Source: a virus | Lineage: Duplodnaviria > Heunggongvirae > Uroviricota > Caudoviricetes | Direction: 5' to 3' (one strand) | Virus record (IMG/VR): IMGVR_UViG_2531839530_000005 | Location: 1-40,441 of that record | Length of the DNA: 40,441 nucleotides | Shown: in pieces, positions 27,859 through 38,096 of the stretch | Position numbering within the stretch: the first letter of the stretch is position 1 | Layout: every line of letters begins with the position of its first letter | Program-made: the position numbers and the translations under genes | The notes under the pieces: generated by a model | Told to the model about the DNA's origin: nothing | Database searches by the model: none | Seen by the model: only the letters and a program-made list of their open reading frames with translations

Positions 27859-28122
27859 TTAACCCGCTGTGCTTTCAACTGACGAGGGGAACAAAATCTT
27901 TTCTTCAAATCCGGCATTCATATCATGGACAGCAACACACCAATCCATTGACGAACGATTATCAAGAGCCTCCATGATTTCATCCATGCGGCGTATGTCA
28001 TACAGGTAAATGTTTTTATCGCCAATGGTGTAAAAACCAATTTTTTTCGGTGACGGGCAGCGATCAAGAACGTTCTGTAATTCGCTCAACCATGCCTGTT
28101 CCTTTTTTGTCAAAGTTGCCAT
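27859..28122 (-). CDS. Hypothetical protein
   Basis: ORF from Met MATLTKKEQAWL. Confidence 0.35.
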   Translation of the reverse strand: MATLTKKEQAWLSELQNVLDRCPSPKKIGFYTIGDKNIYLYDIRRMDEIMEALDNRSSMDWCVAVHDMNAGFEEKILFPSSVESTAG

Positions 28123-28179
28123 ATCACTCTCCTTTGATGCGAATGCCAGCGGCAATTGAAGCCTGATAGTTAATCTCGC

Positions 28180-28470
28180 TCACTGCGCCACCTCCTGAAA
28201 AATCACCTGATGCCCCAGTTTCTCCGCCAGCGCCAGTTCCGCCCTCGCCCCCGCTGACTGGTACCAGTTTCTCAGCATGTAAACCGCCTCCACGCTGCGA
28301 ATCATCGCCATGCAGATATCCATGTAGTGCGACTGTGTCAGCCCGTCCGGGAGCACTGCCGGGTTTAAGACGGTGTGCCCTTCCCGTTTCAGTTCCTCTT
28401 CCGCCTTGTGAAATGCTTCACGGTTAAAGTTTTCATAACCGGTCATCGGCCCTGCGACATAAACCTTCAT
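28180..28470 (-). CDS. DUF4406-like protein (nucleoside 2-deoxyribosyltransferase-like fold)
   Basis: N-term MKVYVAGPMTG... characteristic of this family. Confidence 0.5.
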   Translation of the reverse strand: MKVYVAGPMTGYENFNREAFHKAEEELKREGHTVLNPAVLPDGLTQSHYMDICMAMIRSVEAVYMLRNWYQSAGARAELALAEKLGHQVIFQEVAQ

Positions 28471-28892
28471 ATCGTTTTTACTGACCCTTTATTGCCCCTG
28501 TAAAACATCAAAACTCGCTGCATAACATCGCTATTCCGGCACTCGCTACAGATTATGTTCTGACGCCTGTCGTAGCGGCGTATTTCTCCGTCTGGTAATG
28601 ACCAGATAAGGTCCGGATCAACTACAGATGGTTTCTTCAGATTTGCCCTTGAGAGTTTTTTACGGGCGTTTTGCCAGTCCTTACGCGCCTGTTCAGACGG
28701 GAATAACCCGTAACCAGAGTTGTATACATCGCCACTGGCAACCAACTCTCTGGCGAGAACACTCATCAGATATCTTGTCGTACCTGTCTTGGCTTCCAGT
28801 TGCCGTAACGTCTCGCGACCGCTCAGACGTACAAGTTCAACAACCTGCCCTTTAATTTTTTCCCGCTCTTCTGGTGTAAATACTTTTGCCAT
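28467..28892 (-). CDS. Winged-helix DNA-binding protein
   Basis: HTH-like RETLRQLEAKTGTTRYLMSVLARELVASG. Confidence 0.4.
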   Translation of the reverse strand: MAKVFTPEEREKIKGQVVELVRLSGRETLRQLEAKTGTTRYLMSVLARELVASGDVYNSGYGLFPSEQARKDWQNARKKLSRANLKKPSVVDPDLIWSLPDGEIRRYDRRQNIICSECRNSDVMQRVLMFYRGNKGSVKTI

Positions 28893-28907
28893 AAGCGCCT
28901 CCGGCAA

Positions 28908-29669
28908 TCACTTTTCCGATGCAACACAGCGAGAAGAATCAGTAATCTGTCGAACAATATCCCGGTGCTTGTTCAGTTCCCGCAGCGCAGCACAGACTCG
29001 TTCCCACTTCTGGACATGACTTTTCGCCCGACGCAGTTCGCGGTTTGCCATATGCAGCGATGGTAAAACCAGGTCATCCGCTCGCGTTTCAGTAAACGAT
29101 GGCAGCGACTGCACAATGTCCGCCACAGTTTCTGTTTTAATATCTTCCTGTGTTGCAGCCTCACGTACTGGTAACGCAACACCTGCGGGCTGAGGAAAGG
29201 CCTTACCATCAGTTTCCGCTACCGATGCTGCTTTCGGCTCTGCTGGTAAATTATCGCCCGGTATGCAGTAACGAAATTTACCGCCCTGATTTACGCGAAT
29301 CAGACGACCTTTGCTGATTGCCATTGCCAGCGTTGAAGCCACTTTGCGTGATGTGGTACCAAACAATGTAGCCAGCTCATCAGCCGTTTGTGGTCCGCGT
29401 TGTTCAATCGTCGCGGTTAAATCGCACTCTGAGATTTTCGCTACTGTTGCTGTGGTGGTTTCTTCCGGCAGTTCTGCCTGCGCTGGCTGTTCCTGCTGAA
29501 CGTTGTTATCAGCCACACGCCAGGTGTACGCGCTTTTATCAACAAAACCAGCCTTTTTCAGTTCCCATAGTTCGTTCAGCACTTCTTCACGACTGATATC
29601 AAGTCGCGCAGCCAGTTCTACCGACGTGGCTTTTCCCATTGCTTTCAGTGCGTCAAAAACAGTCTCCAT
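28908..29669 (-). CDS. Protein with two winged-helix-like domains, downstream of replication genes
   Basis: Two MarR-like segments ([28 protein letters not shown] and [28 protein letters not shown]). Confidence 0.4.
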   Translation of the reverse strand: METVFDALKAMGKATSVELAARLDISREEVLNELWELKKAGFVDKSAYTWRVADNNVQQEQPAQAELPEETTTATVAKISECDLTATIEQRGPQTADELATLFGTTSRKVASTLAMAISKGRLIRVNQGGKFRYCIPGDNLPAEPKAASVAETDGKAFPQPAGVALPVREAATQEDIKTETVADIVQSLPSFTETRADDLVLPSLHMANRELRRAKSHVQKWERVCAALRELNKHRDIVRQITDSSRCVASEK

Positions 29670-29691
29670 TAAAATTTCCTCCCGGTAAAAA

Positions 29692-30438
29692 TCACTTCGC
29701 AATTCCTGGCTGGACGACATTCGGACGCCAGCTCTCCCAGTTAAAATTCACCCATCGCCCGCCGTTCATGGTCATGCGATCCATAATCCTCTCGCCGAGC
29801 AATGTTTTCATGGCCTCATAGTTCAGGTTTGTCAGCATCCCCACGCTGCGCATCGACGCTGTCCGGCGATCAACAATCTGGTGCAGCACCACCTGCTCGT
29901 TTTTTGTCTCGCGCTGAATGCCAATTTCATCAAGAACCAGCAGATCCACTTCGCACAGCTCCCGCAAAAATTTTTCGCCTGACTGCCCGTCGTCATAGCT
30001 GGCGTGCAGGGCGCTCATAACATCAGCCACGGTAACCACAATCACTGTCTGACCGTCTTTCAGCAGGCGATTCCCGATAGCTGCCGCTAAGTGATTCTTC
30101 CCGGTACCAGGTTTTCCGCTGAACGCAAAATTTGTACACCCGGTCATCAGTTCATCGGTGATGGATTTCGCCTGGCTTAACGCGTATCGCTGGCCGTCGT
30201 TCTGCACCTGGTAATTCGCAAACGAGCATTTACGGTGCAACGGCTGGATGCCAGAGCGATTCAGAATTTTTTCCACCCGCAACTGACGATTCAGGCGGTT
30301 GATCTCCTCGCAACGTTTCTGGCCTTCAGCAAGTTGCCACTCACGCCACTCCGCAACCGTTCTGAATGGGGCGGTTACATGTGGTGGGGTCAGTCTGCGG
30401 ATACGCTCCAGAACGCCGCCTGTCGCAATATTTTTCAT
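29692..30438 (-). CDS. DnaC-like helicase loader (IstB-type AAA+ ATPase)
   Basis: Walker [16 protein letters not shown] and Walker B LLVLDEIG. Confidence 0.8.
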   Translation of the reverse strand: MKNIATGGVLERIRRLTPPHVTAPFRTVAEWREWQLAEGQKRCEEINRLNRQLRVEKILNRSGIQPLHRKCSFANYQVQNDGQRYALSQAKSITDELMTGCTNFAFSGKPGTGKNHLAAAIGNRLLKDGQTVIVVTVADVMSALHASYDDGQSGEKFLRELCEVDLLVLDEIGIQRETKNEQVVLHQIVDRRTASMRSVGMLTNLNYEAMKTLLGERIMDRMTMNGGRWVNFNWESWRPNVVQPGIAK

Positions 30439-30444
30439 GGTCTG

Positions 30445-31239
30445 TTACCCCCTGAAGCCTGGCGGGATCGCACTGTCCGGCAACGAGACGGTGTTAACCT
30501 GTCGGAGCAACGTCTCAGGCCGAACACCTTTCGGTGCGAACAAGCCCTGGTATTCATTGGCGATGCTGTGTCGAATCACCTGCTCAGGTGTAAAACCCTG
30601 CTGACGGAATTTTTCCAGTTCCCGTATCGCCCCGTTAGCGCCCTGCTCCGTTCGAATCGGTTTTCGCAATGCCTGTCTGAACCGGACCCACTCATGCCAG
30701 AGTGTTTCCGGCAACCAATCAGGCAGCTCAATAGCCTCCGGCTCGAATTTTTTAGACGCTCGTTTTTGGCGAGGGGGATTTAGGGGGAGATCAGTATTTA
30801 GATCTTCCTCTTCCTCTTCCTCTTCCTCTGGTAACGCTTTTTGATCCGTTTGTGTAACGCTGGCAGCGTTACCTTTTCGTTTCAGTTCGCGTATTTTTGT
30901 AACTCGCTCGTTTGTAACCGCCCGTTTTTTAGAGCTTTTTCCGTTATGACGTTCAAAGTTAGGTAGAGAAAGCCCAACGTCATTTTCGACCAGCCATCCA
31001 ACCTGAATTAACGCATCAGCAAAACCAGCCATAAAAGTGATGCGATCTATTGCACTTTTTGTAACGCCGCGAGCGTTACAATCTGCATTACCGTCTATCA
31101 TTTGTTGATCCGCCCATGCCCAGAAGCGAATAACCTTCCCTAATGCGGCATCTGGATCAATATTCAGAATCTCAGCAAGCCTGAATATTTCCGGCTTATC
31201 CGGCGTAATAACCTCGAGCTTTATCCAGTTTGAAGCCAT
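30445..31239 (-). CDS. Replication initiation protein (lambda O / YdaU-like) with internal poly-Glu linker
   Basis: Position upstream of DnaC-like gene; palindromic sites within coding sequence; EEEEEEEED encoded by GAAGAG repeat. Confidence 0.5.
   Translation of the reverse strand: MASNWIKLEVITPDKPEIFRLAEILNIDPDAALGKVIRFWAWADQQMIDGNADCNARGVTKSAIDRITFMAGFADALIQVGWLVENDVGLSLPNFERHNGKSSKKRAVTNERVTKIRELKRKGNAASVTQTDQKALPEEEEEEEEDLNTDLPLNPPRQKRASKKFEPEAIELPDWLPETLWHEWVRFRQALRKPIRTEQGANGAIRELEKFRQQGFTPEQVIRHSIANEYQGLFAPKGVRPETLLRQVNTVSLPDSAIPPGFRG
30854..30872. repeat. 19-bp palindrome GTAACGC-TGGCA-GCGTTAC (copy 1)
   Basis: Perfect 7-bp arms; inside replication gene. Confidence 0.6.
31061..31079. 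repeat. 19-bp palindrome GTAACGC-CGCGA-GCGTTAC (copy 2)
   Basis: Perfect 7-bp arms; inside replication gene. Confidence 0.6.
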
Positions 31240-31252
31240 TTGTTTTCACCTT

Positions 31253-31271
31253 GTAACGCTCGCAGCGTTAC
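31253..31271. repeat. 19-bp palindrome GTAACGC-TCGCA-GCGTTAC (copy 3)
   Basis: Perfect 7-bp arms; just upstream of replication gene start. Confidence 0.6.
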
Positions 31272-31316
31272 ATTTAACTGATACCGAACAAAACAATCCG
31301 GCACGATTAATTTCAA

Positions 31317-31739
31317 TCAATGCACTACGACAGAATCGCCGGGCGACCCACCACCGCTGAAATGTGCTTTCCGGTAAACGGCCTGGACTGCATCATCATG
31401 CGCATCAATTGCCGTACTCAACGCTTCCTGCGCCGCCAGTAATGCACGGCGCTCCAGGGTATCGAAGATGCAGATTCGGTGACGCAGCTCGCGCGGAAGA
31501 ATTGCCAGAACCGCAGGGATCAGTTTCTGAATTTTTTCCCTTTGCGCTTTCGTTTCACCTTTCAACCAACGGTGATAGATATTCTGCTGATTGTTCCAGT
31601 CCTTGCCTGGTACAAGGGGCAATTCGCCGCCCCCCTGGCGCAGATATTCTTCAGTAATTGCGTTAGCGACCCACGCCTGCCCTTTTTCGGCTGCCAGGGC
31701 TAACAACACTGATTCGATGTGCTCATGCCTGATTTTCAT
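31317..31739 (-). CDS. YdaT-like protein (CII-type regulator analogue of Rac prophage)
   Basis: 140-aa ORF recalled as near-identical to Rac YdaT (MKIRHEHIESVLLALAAEKGQAWVANAITEEYLRQGGGELPL...). Confidence 0.55.
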   Translation of the reverse strand: MKIRHEHIESVLLALAAEKGQAWVANAITEEYLRQGGGELPLVPGKDWNNQQNIYHRWLKGETKAQREKIQKLIPAVLAILPRELRHRICIFDTLERRALLAAQEALSTAIDAHDDAVQAVYRKAHFSGGGSPGDSVVVH

Positions 31740-31978
31740 GAATCAACCGCTCCTATGCTGTTTTCGCTATGCTTACCGCCTGGGGGGAATACATCGTCAA
31801 GTCCACAATGAGCGCCAAGCCGATTAAGGGTAGAAACAATTTTTCTGCACTCCTCTAGTCCAGGGGTACGAAAATTTGCTTCGTAATTTGCCAGTCGGCT
31901 TTGTATCCACCCTAACTGAACAGCAAGTTGTCTTTGAGACAGCCCAAGCTGTTTTCGATATGTTGAAATTTTGTTCAT
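31736..31978 (-). CDS. YdaS-like Cro-type HTH regulator
   Basis: HTH LGLSQRQLAVQLGWIQSRLANYE; divergent from repressor; SD GGAGG. Confidence 0.6.
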   Translation of the reverse strand: MNKISTYRKQLGLSQRQLAVQLGWIQSRLANYEANFRTPGLEECRKIVSTLNRLGAHCGLDDVFPPGGKHSENSIGAVDS

Positions 31979-32074
31979 TGAAAACCTCCGATGACAATTT
32001 TAAACACATCTTGTGTTATATGGTCAAGCTGTTTTGTGTTTTATGTAAATCACGATTCGTGATACAAGGATGCA
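31979..32074. promoter_or_regulatory. Divergent immunity promoter/operator region
   Basis: Palindromes AACACATCTTGTGTT (32003-32017) and ATCACGATTCGTGAT (32049-32063) between divergent regulator genes. Confidence 0.45.
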
Positions 32075-32494
32075 ATGGAAAAAGAAAACGAAAAAATTGC
32101 CGCTAGTAGGCTCAATGACAAAATTGCAATGCGTCTTAAAGAGCGCAGGCAGAAGCTTGGTTTATCTCAAGGAAAACTTGCTGAAATCTGCGGATGGACG
32201 CAATCGCGTATAGGTAACTATGAGGCGGGCAGCAGAAATGTTGGAGTGCATGACGCTGTCGTATTGGGAAAGGCTCTTGGCATATCTCCTCCTGAGCTCC
32301 TCTTTGGAGAACAGGAATCTTCTGAATTGTGGTTAAATGAATCCCAACGAAAACTTCTTGAGTTGTTTAACCAGCTACCGGGCTCAGAACAACAACGAAT
32401 GATTGAGCTATTTGAAGTCCGGCTAAAAGAAATCGATGAGTATGTAGAAAAATATTTGAGAGGCAGGCTTAAAGATAATCCCCCACCGGAGTAA
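32075..32494 (+). CDS. Prophage repressor (RacR/CI-like, XRE HTH)
   Basis: HTH LGLSQGKLAEICGWTQSRIGNYEAG; divergent from cro-like gene. Confidence 0.7.
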   Translation: MEKENEKIAASRLNDKIAMRLKERRQKLGLSQGKLAEICGWTQSRIGNYEAGSRNVGVHDAVVLGKALGISPPELLFGEQESSELWLNESQRKLLELFNQLPGSEQQRMIELFEVRLKEIDEYVEKYLRGRLKDNPPPE

Positions 32495-32523
32495 TGATCT
32501 TGCTATCACAGTAATATGCCAAT

Positions 32524-32549
32524 CAGCCCGCTATCAGCGGGCTTTTTTT
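32524..32549 (+). terminator. Rho-independent terminator after repressor gene
   Basis: Stem GCCCGC / GCGGGC with loop TATCA followed by T7. Confidence 0.5.
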
Positions 32550-32578
32550 GTACCATCATCATATGACACCCACCACAA

Positions 32579-32620
32579 AACACATTTCGTGTTGACACAA
32601 GAAAACACATTGTGTTTAAT
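32579..32620 (+). promoter_or_regulatory. pL-like early-left promoter (-35 TTGACA, -10 TTTAAT) flanked by AACAC-N-GTGTT operators
   Basis: TTGACA at 32592-32597, 17-nt spacer, TTTAAT at 32615-32620; palindromes at 32579-32593 and 32603-32617. Confidence 0.45.
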
Positions 32621-32794
32621 AAGCATATCCAAACAACGCCCCACCAGAGAACGGCAGGACAATACCTCGAGTTATCCAGCCACTGAACAGGGCTAAGTAG
32701 CCAGCCTGAGGCATACGAACATGACGGCAGTTGTTGATTGATACAAAGCGCAGTAGATAAAACGTTCCGCCACCCGGCGTTAAGGGGAAAAAAG

Positions 32795-33013
32795 ATGGTT
32801 GGTGAAGATCTGGTTGTTATTAACGGTCAATTGTGCAGCAAAGATGTGGCAGCCATGCTTATTAGCAAGGTTCTTCCAACTGTGCTGGATGTCATTGCAG
32901 AAAAAGTAAAGGCTGGTCGTCCAGACAAGGAAGTTGAAGAGGCGGCAAAAACAGTTGTTCATGCCGCTACAGAAGCAATTATTTTGAAGAGCCTAGTTTC
33001 GCCCAAGCCTTAA
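32795..33013 (+). CDS. Hypothetical early protein (72 aa)
   Basis: SD AAGGGG before ATG; first gene after pL-like promoter. Confidence 0.35.
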   Translation: MVGEDLVVINGQLCSKDVAAMLISKVLPTVLDVIAEKVKAGRPDKEVEEAAKTVVHAATEAIILKSLVSPKP

Positions 33014-33173
33014 GTGAATCGGCGCTTTTTTTAGCATCACGTTCATTGAGTAGTGACAAAAACTCATTCTCAGCATTCTCGATTTCCGAGAAAAATTCTT
33101 GATGAGTTGTTTCTCGCTGCGATCTGATGCTGAAAGCTAAAGCAAGTAGCCAGGCTTTGTCTTTATTATCCAT
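32979..33173 (-). CDS. Hypothetical small protein on opposite strand to early-left operon
   Basis: 64-aa ORF with plausible SD. Confidence 0.3.
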   Translation of the reverse strand: MDNKDKAWLLALAFSIRSQRETTHQEFFSEIENAENEFLSLLNERDAKKSADSLKAWAKLGSSK

Positions 33174-33568
33174 CGGAATACCTTATTACTGGTTGTGTGA
33201 GAACTCCAGTATACCACCGAGCCTGAAGTGGTAAAAAGACAGGCGCACAACACGAAGGCGCATTTCCGGTATTCATAAAGAGTCGGTCTTGTCTGTTAAA
33301 TTTAAATGGTGGGAGTGCGCCTCCGGTTGTAAATAACGACATTGCTATGTGTAGTCTTTGGCGGCATCAGTTCTACTCCGTGGCTGCCCTGTCGCCCCTT
33401 TTTAAAGTGAATTTTGTGATGCGGTGAATGCGGCTAAGCGCACGCGGCACAGTTAAAAGCATCAGTGTTATGGGTGGATTATCCGGCGTTAATTGTTAAC
33501 TGGTTAACGTCACCTGGAGGCACCAGGCACCGCATCGACAAAATTCATTTGTAAAAATGGAGATAATT

Positions 33569-33790
33569 ATGATTGCTCATCACTTCGGAACTGATGAAAT
33601 ACCACGTCAGTGTGTGACCCCTGGCGATTATGTTCTTCATGAAGGTCGGACATATATCGCCTCGGCAAACAATATTAAAAAGCGAAAACTTTATATTCGT
33701 AGCCTGACTACAAAAACATGCATTTCTGACTGCATGATTAAAGTCTTCCTCGGTCGTGATGGTTTACCTGTAAAGGCGGAGTCATGGTAA
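33569..33790 (+). CDS. kilR: KilR-like cell-division (FtsZ) inhibitor
   Basis: [44 protein letters not shown]... recalled as near-identical to Rac KilR. Confidence 0.8.
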   Translation: MIAHHFGTDEIPRQCVTPGDYVLHEGRTYIASANNIKKRKLYIRSLTTKTCISDCMIKVFLGRDGLPVKAESW

Positions 33791-33960
33791 TGACTAAGAA
33801 AATAAAATGTGCTTATCACCTTTGCAATAAAGAAATTGAAGAAAGCAAAATCATTACAAGACCACTTCATTTCATGCGTGGAGTTATACCAACGACGGAA
33901 ATGAAAAAATATTGTAGTGAAATCTGTGCCGAAAAAGACCAGATGGCACACGAACTTTAA
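33790..33960 (+). CDS. ydaE: YdaE-like small Cys-rich protein (56 aa)
   Basis: [20 protein letters not shown]...YCSEICAEKDQMAHEL; not in ORF track; coordinates approximate to within 1-2 nt. Confidence 0.45.
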   Translation: MTKKIKCAYHLCNKEIEESKIITRPLHFMRGVIPTTEMKKYCSEICAEKDQMAHEL

Positions 33961-34034
33961 TTAACTGACTATCCGAAACTGAATTTATGCCAGCAATGGC
34001 AGGGATTCGCTCAACCTTAATTAAGGAGAAAAAC

Positions 34035-34310
34035 ATGATTACCAGTTATGAAGCCACTGTTGTTACTACTGATGACATTGTTCACGAAGTCAGCCTGGAA
34101 GGAAAGCGTATTGGCTACGTGATTAAAACAGAAAATAAAGAAGCCCCTTTCACTGTGGTTGATATCGACGGTCCATCAGGCAACGTTAAAACACTTAACG
34201 AAGGCGTCAAAAAAATGTGCCTAGTGCATATCGGAAAGAATCTGCCCGCAGAAAAAAAAGCCGAATTTCTGGCAACTCTGATTGCAATGAAATTAAAAGG
34301 GGAAATCTGA
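34035..34310 (+). CDS. racC: RacC-like protein
   Basis: MITSYEATVVTTDDIVHEV... recalled as matching Rac RacC. Confidence 0.7.
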   Translation: MITSYEATVVTTDDIVHEVSLEGKRIGYVIKTENKEAPFTVVDIDGPSGNVKTLNEGVKKMCLVHIGKNLPAEKKAEFLATLIAMKLKGEI

Positions 34311-34409
34311 AGAAATAGCCTGCGTATGACGCAGGCTATGAACAGTGTGTATCCGGCAAGATTATTCACTGAACAAACGAATTTTAATCTGAGTTGAGGT
34401 TAAAAAACA

Positions 34410-37043
34410 ATGAGCACCGATAAACAAGTTTACCCACTGTATTACGAAGCAAAAAATGACAAAGTAAGAAAACGTCTCGGTATTAAAGGCGGTTTTTACT
34501 GGGCTGAAGCGAAAAAATTATCCATTGCCATCTCCCGTGGTGCTGTTGCGATTGACGATGCTGGCTACGATGAAGATGACTTCAAAAAACCTGTTCGCGT
34601 CAATTTGCCCGTTGTTGATGACCTCCCGCCAGAAGGCGTATTTGATACGGAATTCTGCAACCGTTACGAAAAAGGCGGGGAAGATGGCATCACAATGGTA
34701 TTTATCGCGCCCTCACCCTCTGCGCAGGGCAAACCAGCCAGCACTGACAACACCAATGTTAATGGCGAAGACATGACGGAGATTGAGGAGAATATGCTAC
34801 TCCCGATTTCTGGCCAGGAGCTGCCCATTCGCTGGCTTGCTCAACACGGCAGCGAAAAACCGGTAACGCACGTTTCACGCGACGAACTCCAGGCATTACA
34901 CATTGCACGGGCTGAGGAACTACCAGCTGTTACTGCCCTGGCTGTTTCCCACAAAACCAGCCTGCTCGATCCGCTGGAAATTCGCGATCTCCACAAACTG
35001 GTGCGTGATACTGACAGAGTTTTCCCTAATCCAGGCAATTCAAGCCTGGGGCTGATGACTGCTTTTTTCGAAGCATACATGGACGCAGACTACACCGATC
35101 GCGGTCTGCTGACAAAAGAGTGGATGAAAGGAAATCGTGTTTCACGCATCACGCGCACGGCTTCCGGCGCTAATGCTGGCGGCGGGAACCTCACCGATCG
35201 CGGCGAAGGTTTCGTTCACGATCTGACGTCACTGGCGCGCGACGTAGCCACTGGCGTACTGGCCCGTTCAATGGACGTGGACATTTATAACCTTCATCCG
35301 GCACACGCTAAACGTGTCGAGGAAATTATCGCTGAAAATAAACCGCCCTTTTCTGTTTTCCGCGACAAATTCATCACCATGCCTGGCGGGCTGGATTATT
35401 CCCGTGCCATCGTGGTTGCGTCCGTAAAAGAAGCACCAATTGGGATCGAGGTTATCCCCGCACACGTCACTGAATATCTGAACAAAGTACTGACTGAAAC
35501 TGATCATGCCAACCCTGATCCAGAAATCGTGGATATTGCCTGCGGTCGTTCCTCTGCCCCGATGCCGCAGCGTGTAACAGAAGAAGAAAAACAGGATGAT
35601 GAAGAAAAACTGCAACCATCTTGCGCAATGGCAGATGAACAGGCAACGGCTGAAACAGTGGAACCGGATGCAACTGAACATCATCAGGACACGCAGCCGC
35701 TGGATGCTCAGTCACAGGTAAATTCTGTTGATGCGAAATATCAGAAACTGCGGGCAGAACTCCATGAAGCCCGGAAAAACATTCCGCCCAAAAATCCTGT
35801 CGATGCAGACAAATTACTGGCTGCCTCTCGCGGAGAATTTGTTGAAGGGATTAGCGACCCGAACGATCCGAAATGGGTTAAGGGGATCCAGACTCGCGAT
35901 TCTGTGTACCAGAACCAGCCAGAAACGGAAAAAATCAGCCCGGATGCGAAACAACCTGAGCCAGTAGTGCAACAGGAACCGGAAATAGTCTGCAATGCCT
36001 GCGGTCAGACTGGCGGGGATAACTGCCCTGACTGTGGTGCGGTGATGGGCGACGCAACATACCAGGAAACATTCGGTGAAGAGAATCAGGTTGAAGCTAA
36101 GGAAAAAGATCCGGAGGAAATGGAAGGCGCTGAACATCCGCACAATGAGAATGCTGGCAGCGATCCGCATCGCGATTGCAGTGATGAAACTGGCGAAGTC
36201 GCAGATCCCGTAATCGTAGAAGACATAGAGCCAGGTATTTATTACGGAATTTCGAATGAGAATTACCACGCGGGTCCCGGTGTCAGTAAGTCTCAGCTCG
36301 ATGACATTGCTGATACTCCGGCACTGTATTTGTGGCGTAAAAATGCCCCCGTGGACACTACAAAGACAAAAACGCTCGATTTAGGAACCGCTTTCCACTG
36401 CCGGGTACTTGAACCGGAAGAATTCAGTAACCGCTTTATCGTAGCACCTGAATTTAACCGCCGTACAAACGCCGGAAAAGAAGAAGAGAAAGCGTTTCTG
36501 ATGGAATGCGCAAGCACAGGAAAAACGGTTATCACTGCGGAAGAAGGCCGGAAAATTGAACTCATGTATCAAAGCGTTATGGCTTTGCCGCTGGGGCAAT
36601 GGCTTGTTGAAAGCGCCGGACACGCTGAATCATCAATTTACTGGGAAGATCCGGAAACAGGAATTTTGTGTCGGTGCCGTCCGGACAAAATTATTCCTGA
36701 ATTTCACTGGATCATGGACGTGAAAACCACAGCGGATATTCAACGATTCAAAACGGCTTATTACGACCACCGCTATCACGTTCAGGATGCATTCTACAGT
36801 GACGGTTATGAAGCACAGTTTGGCGTGCTGCCAACTTTCGTTTTTCTGGTTGCCAGCACAACTGTTGAATGCGGACGTTACCCGGTTGAGATTTTCATGA
36901 TGGGCGAAGAAGCAAAACTGGCAGGCCAGCAGGAATATCACCGCAATCTGAGGACCCTGGCTGACTGCCTGAATACCGATGAATGGCCAGCTATTAAAAC
37001 GTTATCACTGCCCCGCTGGGCTAAGGAGTATGCAAATGACTAA
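34410..37043 (+). CDS. recE: Exonuclease VIII (RecE)
   Basis: 877-aa ORF with long stretches recalled as matching K-12 RecE, including C-terminal nuclease domain. Confidence 0.9.
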   Translation: MSTDKQVYPLYYEAKNDKVRKRLGIKGGFYWAEAKKLSIAISRGAVAIDDAGYDEDDFKKPVRVNLPVVDDLPPEGVFDTEFCNRYEKGGEDGITMVFIAPSPSAQGKPASTDNTNVNGEDMTEIEENMLLPISGQELPIRWLAQHGSEKPVTHVSRDELQALHIARAEELPAVTALAVSHKTSLLDPLEIRDLHKLVRDTDRVFPNPGNSSLGLMTAFFEAYMDADYTDRGLLTKEWMKGNRVSRITRTASGANAGGGNLTDRGEGFVHDLTSLARDVATGVLARSMDVDIYNLHPAHAKRVEEIIAENKPPFSVFRDKFITMPGGLDYSRAIVVASVKEAPIGIEVIPAHVTEYLNKVLTETDHANPDPEIVDIACGRSSAPMPQRVTEEEKQDDEEKLQPSCAMADEQATAETVEPDATEHHQDTQPLDAQSQVNSVDAKYQKLRAELHEARKNIPPKNPVDADKLLAASRGEFVEGISDPNDPKWVKGIQTRDSVYQNQPETEKISPDAKQPEPVVQQEPEIVCNACGQTGGDNCPDCGAVMGDATYQETFGEENQVEAKEKDPEEMEGAEHPHNENAGSDPHRDCSDETGEVADPVIVEDIEPGIYYGISNENYHAGPGVSKSQLDDIADTPALYLWRKNAPVDTTKTKTLDLGTAFHCRVLEPEEFSNRFIVAPEFNRRTNAGKEEEKAFLMECASTGKTVITAEEGRKIELMYQSVMALPLGQWLVESAGHAESSIYWEDPETGILCRCRPDKIIPEFHWIMDVKTTADIQRFKTAYYDHRYHVQDAFYSDGYEAQFGVLPTFVFLVASTTVECGRYPVEIFMMGEEAKLAGQQEYHRNLRTLADCLNTDEWPAIKTLSLPRWAKEYAND

Positions 37044-37845
37044 GCAACCACCTATCGCAAAAGCCGATCTGCAAAAAACCCAGGGAAACCGTGCACCAGC
37101 AGCAGTAAAAAATAACGACGTGATCAGCTTTATTAATCAGCCATCAATGAAAGAGCAACTGGCAGCAGCTCTCCCACGCCATATGACGGCTGAACGAATG
37201 ATACGTATCGCCACCACAGAAATTCGTAAGGTTCCGGCGCTAGGAAACTGTGACACCATGAGTTTTGTCAGTGCGATCGTTCAGTGTTCACAGCTCGGCC
37301 TTGAGCCAGGTAGCGCCCTCGGCCACGCATATTTACTGCCTTTTGGTAATAAAAACGAAAAGAGCGGTAAAAAGAACGTTCAGCTAATCATTGGTTATCG
37401 CGGCATGATTGATCTGGCTCGCCGTTCTGGTCAAATCGCCAGCCTGTCAGCCCGTGTTGTCCGTGAAGGTGACGAGTTTAGTTTTGAATTTGGCCTTGAT
37501 GAAAAGTTAATACACCGCCCGGGAGAAAACGAAGATGCACCAGTGACCCACGTCTATGCTGTCGCAAGACTGAAAGACGGAGGGACTCAGTTTGAAGTTA
37601 TGACGCGCAAACAGATTGAACTGGTGCGCAGCCAGAGTAAGGCTGGTAATAACGGGCCATGGGTAACTCACTGGGAAGAAATGGCAAAAAAAACGGCTAT
37701 TCGTCGCCTGTTTAAATACCTGCCTGTCTCAATTGAAATCCAGCGTGCAGTATCAATGGATGAAAAGGAACCACTGACAATCGATCCGGCAGACTCCTCT
37801 GTATTAACCGGGGAATACAGTGTAATCGATAATTCAGAAGAATAA
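37036..37845 (+). CDS. recT: RecT single-strand annealing protein
   Basis: [26 protein letters not shown]...; SD AAGGAG; overlaps recE stop. Confidence 0.9.
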   Translation: MTKQPPIAKADLQKTQGNRAPAAVKNNDVISFINQPSMKEQLAAALPRHMTAERMIRIATTEIRKVPALGNCDTMSFVSAIVQCSQLGLEPGSALGHAYLLPFGNKNEKSGKKNVQLIIGYRGMIDLARRSGQIASLSARVVREGDEFSFEFGLDEKLIHRPGENEDAPVTHVYAVARLKDGGTQFEVMTRKQIELVRSQSKAGNNGPWVTHWEEMAKKTAIRRLFKYLPVSIEIQRAVSMDEKEPLTIDPADSSVLTGEYSVIDNSEE

Positions 37846-37901
37846 TTCAGCCTGGCGGTGTAATGCACCGCCAACGTGAGACAGTTTTTATGACAAAAAT
37901 T

Positions 37902-38096
37902 ATGAGATATGACGATGTTAAACCATGTCCGTTTTGTGGTTGTCCATCTGTTACGGTGAAAGCAATTTCAGGATATTACCGGGCAAAATGCAACGGATGC
38001 GAATCCCGAACTGGCTATGGTGGAAGTGAAAAAGAAGCACTCGAAAGATGGAATAAACGAACTACTGGAAATAATAATGGAGGTGTTCATGTATAA
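37902..38096 (+). CDS. ralR: RalR/Lar restriction-alleviation protein
   Basis: MRYDDVKPCPFCGCPSVTVKAISGYYRAKCNGCESRTGYGG... recalled as matching Rac RalR. Confidence 0.8.
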   Translation: MRYDDVKPCPFCGCPSVTVKAISGYYRAKCNGCESRTGYGGSEKEALERWNKRTTGNNNGGVHV

